Positions 29,379 through 39,600 of a stretch of DNA of 64,000 bases are shown one piece after another; position 1 is the stretch's first letter; every line of letters begins with the position of its first letter. Where the stretch lies: positions 3,264,001 to 3,328,000 of the forward strand of contig OZ253442.1 in assembly GCA_965261085.1 (NCBI GenBank), read 5' to 3'. A program made the position numbers and the translations under genes. Origin of the DNA: a bacterium (lineage in GTDB: Bacteria > UBA8248). The notes beneath the pieces are model-generated. The model saw nothing but the letters and a program-made list of their open reading frames with translations, was not told the origin of the DNA and did no database searches.

Positions 29379-31712
29379 CTATGGGGTTTCCGGTGAGGCC
29401 AAGCGGTAGCCGACACCTCGCACGTTCAGGATGTAGTCCGACCGGGCCGGGTCGCCGCCGAGCTTCCGGCGGAGCTGCTTCACGAAGGTGCGAACGAGGG
29501 CCGGGTCGCCCTGGTCCGGCTCGCTCCATATCTGGCGGACCAGCGAGTCGTAGGTCAGTACCCGTCCCGCGTTCACCGAGAGTATGCGCAGGAGATCGTA
29601 CTCGGTGGCGGTGAGATGCACGAGGCGGCCAGCCACGCTCACCCGCCGCTGCTCGTAGTGGATGGCGAGATCCCCCAGCACGAAGGGTTCCGGTCGGGCC
29701 TGTTTGCGAAGTGCCGCGCGGATCCTCGCCGTCAGCTCAGTCGCCGAGAAGGGCTTGACGAGGTAGTCCGCGGCCCCGCTCTCCAGCGCCCTGGCGATGG
29801 TCTCGTCCCTGCCGTAGGCGGAGATGAAGATGACCGGCAGATCGGCCATCTCGGGGACGCTTTCCATGAGCTCGATGCCGTCGGTGCCGGGCAGTATCAG
29901 GTCGAGCAGGATCAGGCGGGGCTTCTCCGCCGCGATGATGCGCGACACTTCCCGATGGTCGCCGGTGACGAGTGGGGAGAAGCCAGCAGATGCCAGCGCG
30001 TCCCGAACGAAGCGCAGTGTCTGCGGGTCGTCGTCCACCACCAGGATAGGTGTCTTCTGGCTTTCTTCGGGAAGCGAGCCGGACCAGTCCAGGACGGAGC
30101 CGACCTCCACGCCGGCCTCTTCAGCCACCGGGAGCGTGAAGGTGAACTGCGTGCCCAGGCCCGGCCCGCCGCTTGCGGCCCAGATGCGCCCGCCATGGGC
30201 CTCCACCAAGCCCTTGCAGATGGCGAGCCCCAGACCGGACCCCCGAAGCCCGCCTCCACGCTCGTCGCTGCTGAGGCCCGTGTACTTCTGGAACAGGTGC
30301 GGAAGCAGCTCAGCGGGAACACCCCGGCCTTCGTCCGAGACCGAAACCGCGACGTGCAGGCCGTCGCGCACCGCGGCGACCCTGATGGGCGACGACTCCG
30401 GAGAGTATCCCGAGGCGTTGGAAAACAGGTTGTTCAGGACCTGCACGATGCGCCGCCGATCGGCCATCACCCGGGGCAGGTCCTGCGGAAGGTCGATGAG
30501 AATCGTGTGCGTGTTGCCGCTGCTCAGGAACGCGTTCCTGGCCTGGTCCACCGTCCCCGCCACATCCGTGGGCACAGGCGAGACGGACAGCGTGCCCGCG
30601 TTGATGCGGCCCGCGTCCAGCAGGTCGCTGATCAAGCAACGCATGTGATCGGCTTGCTCGTCGATAACACGGAAGAACTGGTCCACCTCGGCCGGATCTA
30701 GTGTCGGCGAGGCCCCCAGCACGGTGGTAGTCGAGCCCTTGATGGCGGCGAGCGGCGTGCGCAACTCGTGGCTCACCATGCCCAGGAACTCCGCCCGCAT
30801 CCGGTCGAGCTCCTCGAGCGGGGCCAGGTCCTGCATGGTGACGACCACCGTCTCGATCTCGTCGGCGGCGGAGCGGATCGGCGTGACGTTGATCAGCATC
30901 CGGATGCTGCGCCCGTCGGGGACCGAGAGCTCGACCTCCGCGGCGCGCAGCGTCTCGGCGCTCGTGATCTCGGCGACGCTGACCTCGCGGCCGTCTGCGA
31001 GCCGGGACGTCAACACGTCGAGCAGCTCTACCGGAGAGCAGCCCGGCATGCGAAGCGCCTCGACGATACGCCGCGACTCCTGGTTGAACATCACCGGATA
31101 GCAACTCTTCGCGTCGAAGACCACGACGCCGACCGGTGAGGTCTCCACCAGGGCCTCGAGGTCGGCACGCACGCGCTGCTCGTCGCGGTGAGTGCGCGCA
31201 TTTGCGATCGCCGTCGCCGCCTGGGAGGCGAACAGCACCAGCAACTCCTCGTCCTCGTCCGTGAACCCGCCGCCCTCCTTCTCGCCCAAGAAGAAGTTGC
31301 CGACGTGAACGCCCCCGTGGCGCATCGGCGTTCCCTGGAACGTCCTGCACGGGATCAGGCCCGGCGAAAGCCCGAGCGAGCGGACGTAGGCCTCCAGGTC
31401 CGCTAGGCGAAGCGGCGCGTCGAGGCCGCGCAGATGCTCGAACAACTGCAACGCGTCGGGCCAGACCGGCATCAGCTGTTCTTGCTCCGGCGTCATGCCC
31501 GAGGCGACGAAGTCCTGCGGCTGGCCGGCCTCGTCGATGGTCGTGATCACGCCGTAGCGGGCGCCAGTCAGCGCGCGGGCGCTTTCCACGATCTCGCGCA
31601 GGACGGTGTCCACGTCGAGGCTCGCGCTGATGCGCAGAATCGCCGCGCTCAGCCTGGAGAACTGCTCCCGTAGCGCGTCGACCTCTCGCGTTAGTTCATT
31701 GCGGTTCTTCAT
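29379..31712 (-). CDS. Soluble hybrid histidine kinase: GAF-PAS-HisKA-HATPase-REC-OmpR winged helix
   Basis: SHELRTPL; N box NLFSNA; DEGRG and GSGLGL; ILVVDDD, LLDL and YLVKPF; LTATEYDLL..KQLRRKL..NVRGVGYR; no TM segment. Confidence 0.93.
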   Translation of the reverse strand: MKNRNELTREVDALREQFSRLSAAILRISASLDVDTVLREIVESARALTGARYGVITTIDEAGQPQDFVASGMTPEQEQLMPVWPDALQLFEHLRGLDAPLRLADLEAYVRSLGLSPGLIPCRTFQGTPMRHGGVHVGNFFLGEKEGGGFTDEDEELLVLFASQAATAIANARTHRDEQRVRADLEALVETSPVGVVVFDAKSCYPVMFNQESRRIVEALRMPGCSPVELLDVLTSRLADGREVSVAEITSAETLRAAEVELSVPDGRSIRMLINVTPIRSAADEIETVVVTMQDLAPLEELDRMRAEFLGMVSHELRTPLAAIKGSTTTVLGASPTLDPAEVDQFFRVIDEQADHMRCLISDLLDAGRINAGTLSVSPVPTDVAGTVDQARNAFLSSGNTHTILIDLPQDLPRVMADRRRIVQVLNNLFSNASGYSPESSPIRVAAVRDGLHVAVSVSDEGRGVPAELLPHLFQKYTGLSSDERGGGLRGSGLGLAICKGLVEAHGGRIWAASGGPGLGTQFTFTLPVAEEAGVEVGSVLDWSGSLPEESQKTPILVVDDDPQTLRFVRDALASAGFSPLVTGDHREVSRIIAAEKPRLILLDLILPGTDGIELMESVPEMADLPVIFISAYGRDETIARALESGAADYLVKPFSATELTARIRAALRKQARPEPFVLGDLAIHYEQRRVSVAGRLVHLTATEYDLLRILSVNAGRVLTYDSLVRQIWSEPDQGDPALVRTFVKQLRRKLGGDPARSDYILNVRGVGYRLASPETP

Positions 31713-31984
31713 TCACCCTTCCAGACCCAGGGCAATACGCGGGCCGACCTCTCGTTTCGAACGCCCTGGAATGAAACGCGAGATCGATCGGCGGAATTCA
31801 AAATGAGGCACTACCAAAAAACTGCGGTTTCCTCGAAATCAACACTGTATCAGATGATTAGCACACGGATACCTCACAATAGGATCCTATAATATAGGCC
31901 AATCAGCGTCAACCTTGGAGTGGCGGCCTGCCCGAAAGGGCTGGCCGTGTTGTTGGATGCCGTTGAGCCGAAGCTGCGGAATCG

Positions 31985-32110
31985 TCGGGAGGGTGTCGAC
32001 CTACGAGGCCCTGCTGCGCCAGGTGTGGGGCGGACGTCACAACGGCGATACGCAACTGGTGCGCACCTTCGTGAAGAAGCTCCGGCGCATGCCCGGCGAA
32101 GACGCGGCCA
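31985..32110 (+). pseudogene. OmpR-type winged-helix 3' remnant
   Basis: GRVSTYEALLRQVWG..LVRTFVKKLRRMPGEDAAN; further copies at 36485-36600 and 58680-58835. Confidence 0.8.
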
Positions 32111-32215
32111 ACCATTGCGGTCGTGGACGGCGTAGCGTATCTGGGCGCCGACTAGTGTCTTGTAGCCGAGATAGTGGTAGCGGGCGACGAACTCGTTCCA
32201 CAGCCTGCCCTCGCG
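32108..32215 (-). pseudogene. DUF4338/DruA-like transposase-associated fragment
   Basis: LWNEFVARYHYLGYKTLVGAQIRYAV. Confidence 0.6.
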
Positions 32216-32228
32216 GGCGCCGCGGACC

Positions 32229-35200
32229 TCACATGACCTCTTCCACCGACAGCGTATAGCTGCCTTCCCAGTATGCCTGGGCGCCGGCCGCCACATAGTA
32301 GGCGCCGGCATCCTGCGCCGTGAATTCCACATAGCTGTTGCGGCCTTCGCCGCCGTTGTCGTCCGTCGTACCGGCGATGAGGTCGCCATTCGCGTCGTGG
32401 ACCCCGTACAGATACGGGTCCCTCAGGGCGCCGTTCCCGGTCGGCGAGCCCTCCAGGTCGATCCGGTAGGTCCTGCCCGCCTCGAGCGTCACCGCGAACC
32501 AGTCACGGTCACCCTCGAATTCGATATCGCCCGTCGCCGAGCCGCCGACCGCCACCGCGCCGCTCGTCCCGATCCCGGCCGCAAAATCGTCCGGGACGCC
32601 GTTCGTGATATCCATCACCGACAGCGTGTAGGTGCCTTCCCTGCTTCCATAAGCGCCGGCCGCCACATAGTAGGTGGCGTCCTCCTCCGCCGTGAAATCC
32701 ACCCGGCTGTTGCGGCCCGCGCCGCCGTCGTCGTCCGTCGTACCGGCGATGAGGTCGCCATTCGCGTCGTGGACCCCGTACAGATACGAGTCACTCAGGG
32801 TGTCGTTCCCGGTCGGCGAGCCCTCCAGGTCGATCCGGTAGGTCCTGCCCGCCTCCAGGGTCACCGCGAACCAGTCGCGGTCGCCATAGATCTCGATATC
32901 GCCCGTCGCCGAGCCGCCCACCTCCACCGCGCCGCTCGTCCCGATCCCGACCGAAAAATCGTCCGGGACATCCTCCACATCCTCCACCGACAGCGTGTAG
33001 GTGCCTTCCCTGCTTCCATAAGCGCCGGCCGCCACATAGTAGGTCCCGGCATTCTCCGCCGTGAACGTCACCCGGCTGTTGGCGCCCTCGCCGCTGTTGT
33101 CGTCCGTCGTGCCGGGGATGAGGTCGCCATTCGCGTCGTGGACCCCGTACAGATACGGGTTGTACAGGGCGCCGGCCCCGGTCCACCAGCCCTCCAGGTC
33201 GATCCGGTAGGTCCTGCCCGCCTCGAGCGTCACCGCGAACCAGTCGTGGTCGCCATAGATCTCGATCTCGCCCGTCGCCGAGCCGTCCACCTCCACCGTG
33301 CCGGTGGTCTGCGTCGTGGCCTCGAAATCGTCCGGGACATCCTCCACATCCTCCACCGACAGCGTGTAGGCGCCTTCCCAGTTTCCCCCGGCGCCGGCCG
33401 CCACATAGTAGGCGCCGGTATCCGCCGCCGTGAACATCACCCGGCTGTTGGCGCCCTCGCCGCTGTTGGCGTCCGTCGTGCCGGGGATGAGGTCGCCATT
33501 CGCGTCGTGGACCCCGTACAGATACGGGTTGTACAGGGTGCCGGCCCCGGTCCACGAGCCCTCCAGGTCGATCCGGTAGGTCCTGCCCGCCTCCAGGGTC
33601 ACCGCGAACCAGTCGCGGTCGCCCCCGGTCTCGATCTCGCCCGTCGCCGAGCCGTCCACCTCCACCGTGCCGGTGGTCTGCGTCGTGGCCTCGAAATCGT
33701 CCGTGACTTCCGCCACCGACAGCGTGTAGGCGCCTTCCCAGTTTCCCCCGGCGCCGGCCGCCACATAGTAGGTCCCGGCATCCTCCGCCGTGAACGTCAC
33801 CCGGCTGTTGGCGCCCTCGCCGCCGTTGTCGTCCGTCGTGCCGGCGATGAGGACGCCTTCCGCGTCGTGGACCCCGTACAGATACGGGTTGTACAGGGTG
33901 CCGTTCCCGGTCGACGCGCCCTCCAGGTCGATCCGGTAGGTACTGCCCGCCTCCAGGGTCACCGCGAACCAGTCGCGGTCGCCCCCGGTCTCGATCTCGC
34001 CCGTCGCCGAGCCGCCCACCGCCACCGCCCCGCTCGTCCCGATCCCGGCTTCGAAATCGTCCGGGACTTCCGTCACCGACAGCGTGTAGGCGCCTTCCCA
34101 GTTTCCCCCGGCGCCGGCCGCCACATAGTAGGTCCCGGCATCCTCCGCCGTGAACGTCACCCGGCTGTTGGCGCCCTCGCCACCGTTGTCGTCCGTCGTG
34201 CCGGCGATGAGGACGCCTTCCGCGTCGTGGACCCCGTACAGATACGGGTTGTACAGGGTGCCGGCCCCGGTCCACGAGCCCTCCAGGTCGATCTGGTAGG
34301 TCCTGCCCGCCTCGAGCGTCACCGCGAACCAGTCGCGGTCGCCATAGATCTCGATCTCGCCCGTCGCCGAGCCGCCCACCGCCACCGCGCCGCTCGTCCC
34401 GGTCCCCTCCTCGAAATCATCCGGGACTTCCGTCACCGACAGCTTGTAGGCGCCTTCCCCGTATACCCAGGCGCCGGCCACCACATAGTAGGCGCCGGTA
34501 TCCGCCGCCGTGAACGTCACCCGGCTGTTGTAGCCCACGCCGCCGTTGTCGTCCGTCGTGCCGGCGAAGCGGACGCCTTCCGCGTCGTGGACCCCGTACA
34601 GATACGGGTTGAACAGGGTGCCGGCCCCGGTCGACGCGCCCTCCAGGTCGATCAGGTAGGTACTGCCCGCATCGAGCTCGACGGCGAACCAGTCGCGGTC
34701 GCCCCCGGTCTCGATCTCGCCCGTCGCCGATCCGCCGACCGCCACCGCGCCGCTCGTCCCGGTCCCCTCCTCGAAATCGTCCGGGACCTCCGTCACCGAC
34801 AGCTTGTAGGCGCCTTCCTGTTCTCTCCAGGCCCCGGCCGCCACATAGTAGGCGCCGGTATCCGCCGCCGTGAAAAGCACCCGGCTGTTGTAGCCCACGC
34901 CGCCGTTGTCGTCCGTCGTGCCGGCGATGAGGACGCCTTCCGCGTCGTGGACCCCGTACAGATACGGGTTGTACAGGGTGCCGGCCCCGGTCCACGAGCC
35001 CTCCAGGTCGATCTGGTAGGTCCTGCCCGCATCGAGCGTCACCGCGAACCAGTCGCGGTCGCCATTGAAGTCGATCTCGTCCGTCGCCGAGCCGCCGACC
35101 GCCACCGCGCCGCTCGTCCCGGTCCCCTCCTCCAAATCGTCCGTGACTTCCATCACCGACAGCGTGTAGGCGCCTTCCCGTTCTCTCCAGGCTCCGGCCG

Positions 35201-36218
35201 CCACATAGTAGGTGGCGTTCTCCTCCGCCCTGAACTCCACCCGGCTGTTGCGTTCCTTGCCGCCGTCGTCGTCCGTCGTGCCGGCGAAGCGGACGCCGTC
35301 CGCGTTGTAGATCCCGCGCAGATACGGGTCCGCCAAGGTGCCGGCCCCGGTCCACCAGCCCTCCAGGTCGATCTGGTAGGTCCTGCCCGCCTCCAGGGTC
35401 ACAGCGAACCAGTCGCGGTCGCCCTCGAATTCGATCTCGCCCGTCGCCGAGCCGCCCACCACCACCGCGCCGCTCGTCCCGGTCTCCGCCGAAAAATCGT
35501 CCGTGACTTCCATCACCGACAGCGTGTAGGTGCCTCTCCTGGTTCCAGAAGCGCCGGTCGCCACATAGTAGGCGCCGTCCTCCTCCGCCGTGAACGTCAA
35601 CCGGCTGTTGTCGCCCGAGGCGGTGATGAGGACGCCGTCCGCGTCGTGGACCCCGCGCAGATACGGGAAGTACAGGGTGCCGGCCCCGCTCTCCGAGCCC
35701 TCCACGTCGATCCAGTAGGTCTTGCCCGCCTCCAGGGTCACCGCGAACCAGTCGCGGTCGCCCACAATCTCGATCTCGCCCGTCGCCGAGCCGCCCACCG
35801 CCACCGCGCCGGTGGTCTGCGTCGTGGCCGCAAAATCGTCCGGGGCGCTGTCCGTGGCATCCGTCACCGACAGCGTGTAGGCGCCTTCCCGGTCTCTCTA
35901 GGCTCCGGCCGCCACATAGTAGGTGGCGTTCTCCTCCGCCCTGAACTCCACCCGGCTGTTGCGGTCCGCGCCGCCGTCGTCGTCCGTCGTGCCGGCGAAG
36001 CGGACGCCGTCCGCGTTGTAGATCCCGCGCAGATAGGGGTTGTACAGGGTGCCGCCCCTGGAATCCGAACCCTCCAGGTCGATCCGGTAGATCCTGCCCG
36101 CCTCCAGGGTTACCGCGAACCAGTCGCGGTCGCTCCTGGTCTCGATCTCGCCCGTCGCCGAGCCGCCCACCTCCACCGCGCCGGTGGTCTGCGTCGTGGA
36201 TGAATAGTCGTCAGGCAT
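32229..36218 (-). pseudogene. Eleven-repeat PPC-like protein (1329 codons) split by one in-frame TAG at 35898-35900
   Basis: ORFs 35898-36218 and 32229-35867 are in the same frame; GCC TAG AGA here versus GCC TGG AGA in a sister repeat. Confidence 0.88.
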
Positions 36219-36484
36219 GGTCCGCCTCCTTTCTCAAGTGGATAAAAAAAGAAAATTATATGCAAATTTATATGAACAATCAAATAAAATATATCACATG
36301 ACGTCCAAAAAATAAACGACAAATCGTCATGCCGAGGGTGTATAGTGCGTATGTAAACTTCCTGTTTTCAACTCGAATCGGGTGATTTCCCGGGAAATGC
36401 GGTGAACGCCCCGGAAACGGCGGCTTTCATCCCATCCCCCTGGGAGAGCGCCGCCGCCGAGTCCTTCGAGTGTCGATTCGAATC

Positions 36485-36600
36485 CGGCGCATGCCCGGCG
36501 AAGACGCGGCCAAACCTGCCTCCATCGCCAACGAACACGGGGTCGGCCACCGCATGGCACGGCGGGACTGGCCCTCACGGCCCGGCCCGCCGGGTTCACC
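36485..36600 (+). pseudogene. OmpR winged-helix 3' remnant
   Basis: RRMPGEDAAKPASIANEHGVGHRMARRD. Confidence 0.7.
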
Positions 36601-36668
36601 GGCAGGGCCTCCCGCGGAGGCCGCACTCTGAGGCCGTACGACAGCTTTCGCGGTCGCCGCCGCGCACC

Positions 36669-39600
36669 TCACATGACCTCTTCCACCGACACCGACAGCG
36701 TGTAGGCGCCTTCCCAGGTTCCCCCGGCGCCGGCCGCCACATAGTAGGTCCCGGCATCGTCGGCAGTGAACTCCATCCGGCTGTTCCAGTCCGTGCCCCC
36801 GTCGTCGGCCGTCGTGCCGGGGAGGAGGTTGCCGTCCGCGTCGTGGAGCCCGCGCAGGTACGGGTCCCTCATGGTGCCGTGCCCTGTGTCATCGCCCTTG
36901 AGATCGATCCGGTAGATCTTGTCCGCCTCCAGGGTCACCGCGAACCAGTCTTGGTCGCCACCGGTCTCGATCTCGCCCATCACCGAACCGCCCACCGCCA
37001 CCGTGCCGTTCGTCCCGGTCCCGGCTTCGTAATCGTCCGGGACGCCGTCCGTGACATCCGTTACAAACAGCGTGTAGGTGCCTGCCTGGTATCCATTATA
37101 AGAGGATACATAACCGCCGGCCGCTACATAGTAGACGGCGTCCTCCTCTGGCGTGAACGTCACCCGACTGTTGTAGACGGCGCCACCATTGTTGTCCGTC
37201 GTGCCGGGGAGGAGGAGGCCGTCCGCGTCGTGGACCCCGCGCAGATACGGGTTGTACAGGGTGCCGCCCCCAGTCCACGAGCCCTCCAGGTCGATCCGGT
37301 AGGTCCTGCCCGCCTCCAGCGTCACCGCGAACCAGTCGCGGTCATCCTCGAAGTCGATCCTGCCCGTCTCCGAGCCGCCGACCTCCACCGCGCCGGCGGT
37401 GTCGGTCCCCGCCGCAAAATCGTCCGGGATTTCCGTCACCGACAGCGTGTAGGCGCCTTCCCAATCTGAATCAGAGCCGACTGCCACGTAGTAGGCGCCG
37501 GCCTCCTCCGCCGTGAAATACACCCGGCTGGTGACGTACCCCGTGCCGCCCTTGTTATCCTCCGTGCCGTCGATGAGGATGCCGTTCGCGTCGTGGATAC
37601 CGCGCACGTACGGGTCGTACAGGGTGGCAAACCTGTTCTCAAAGTCCAGCTTGATCCGGTAGATACCGCCCGCCTCCAGCGTCACCGCGAACCAGTCGCG
37701 GTCGCCGAAGATCTCGATATCGCCCGTCGCCGATCCGTCCACCTCCACCGCGCCGCTCGTCCCGGTTCCGGCCTCGAAATCATCCGGGTCGCCGTCCGTG
37801 GTATCCGTCACCGACAGGGTGTAGGTGCCTACCACGCGTCCATAGCCGCCGGCCGCCACATAGTAGGTGGCGTCCTCCTCCGCCGTGAAATACACCCGGC
37901 TGTTGTAGCCCGCACCTTCGCTGCCGTCCGTGATATCGACGATGAGTACCCCGTTCGCGTCGTAGATCCCTTGCATATCCGGAACGCTCAGGGTGCCGGC
38001 TGCGGTGAAGAAGCCCTCCAGGTCGATCCGGTAGGTCCTGCCCGCATCGAGCGTCACCGCGAACCAGTCGCGGTCGCCCGGGGACTCGATCTCGCCCGTC
38101 GTCGAGCCGCCCACCGCCACCGCGCCGGTCGTCCCGGTCCCCGCATCGAAATCGTCCCGGTACTCCGTCACCGACAGCGTGTAGGTTCCTTTCTCGTTTG
38201 CATAGCCACCGGCAGCCACGTAGTAGGTCCCGGTTTCATCCACCGTGATATACACCCGGCTGTTGCTGCCCGCGCCGCCGTCGTCGTTCGTCGTGCCGGC
38301 GAGGCGGTCGCCGTCCGCGTCGTGGATACCGCGCAGGTACGGGTCACTCAGGTTGCCGGCCCCGGTATCGTAGCCCTCCAGGTCGATCCGGTACCTCTTG
38401 CCCGCCTCCAGTTCCACCGCGAACCAGTCGCGGTCGTTCACGTGTTGGATCGTTCCCCTCGCCGAGCCGCCGACCGCAACCGCACCGGTCGTCCCGGTCC
38501 CCGCCGCAAAATCGTCCGTGTGGGTGTCCGTGACATCGGCCACCGACAGCCTGTAGGTGCCTTCCCTGGTTCCCCAGGCGCCGGCCGCCACGTAGTAGGT
38601 CCCGGTTTCATCCAGCGTGAGCGTCTGCCGGCTGTTGAGGCCGCGGCCGGAATCGTTGACCGTCGTGCCCACGATGAAGAAGTGGTCCTCGTTGTAGACC
38701 CCACGCAGGTACGGGTCCACCAAAGTGCCGGCCCCGGTCCACGAACCCTCGAGATCGATCCGGTATATCCGGCCCGCCTCCAGCTCGACCGCGAACCAGT
38801 CGCGGTCACCCGGGGTCCCGATCTTGCCTGTCGCAGTGTCGCCCACCGCAACCCGGCCGGTCGTGGAGGTGTCTTCCGGAAGGTCCTCGCCGTCCGGTTC
38901 GGACACACTAGCCTCCTGCTGAAGACTGACGTATTCCTCCACATCGGCCACGTCGGTGACGTTGACGGTCACGCTCACGTCGCTGTGCAGGCCGCCGTCG
39001 CTCGCCCGCACCGTCAGTTCGTAGCTCCTCGTCTCCGACTCGTAGTCCTCGCCCGCGCCCCGGTACGACAGGGCGCCCGTCCCCGGGTCGATGGCGAACA
39101 GGCCGTCGGGGTCGCCGGCCTCGATGCTGTAGGTAATCGTCGAGTTCTCAGGATCCGTCGCCTGTACCAGGCCGAGAGAAACAGGGATCGTGCCCCCGTC
39201 CGCGTTCTCCGCCAGTGAGAACGCATAGCTCGTCTCCGCGAACGCCGGCGCTTCGGCCACGTCGGTGACGTTGACGTTGACGGTCACGTCGCTGTGCAGG
39301 CCGCCGTCGCTCGCCCGCACCGTCAGCTCGTAGCTCCTCGTCCCCGACTCGTAGTCCTCGCCCGTGCCCAGATACACCACAAGGCCCGTCTCGGCGTCGA
39401 TCATGAACAGGCCATCGGGGTCGCCGGCCTCTATGCTGTAGGTTATCCTGTCGTTGTCCGGATCTGTCGCGACAACCGGTGCGACGGCGATGCCGAATAA
39501 GGCGCCGTCGGCATTCTCCGCCAGATCGAAGGCGTAGCTCGGCTGCGCGAACGCCGGCGCTTCGGCCACGTCGGTGACGTTGACGGTCACGGTCACGTCG

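Noticed and set aside
32108-32215. Druantia anti-phage system
   Set aside because: Only a ~35-codon DUF4338-like fragment; no other dru genes; more likely transposase debris
35898-35900. TAG as pyrrolysine or programmed readthrough
   Set aside because: Single occurrence aligned to TGG in a sister repeat; no pyl genes visible; TAG serves as a normal stop elsewhere (e.g. kbl, autotransporter)
32397-36203. 1268-aa plus-strand ORF and similar long antisense ORFs (37593-39218, 24810-26102, 48472-50430)
   Set aside because: Shadow frames of GC-rich, codon-biased repeat or metabolic genes; Arg/Ala-rich and without recognisable motifs
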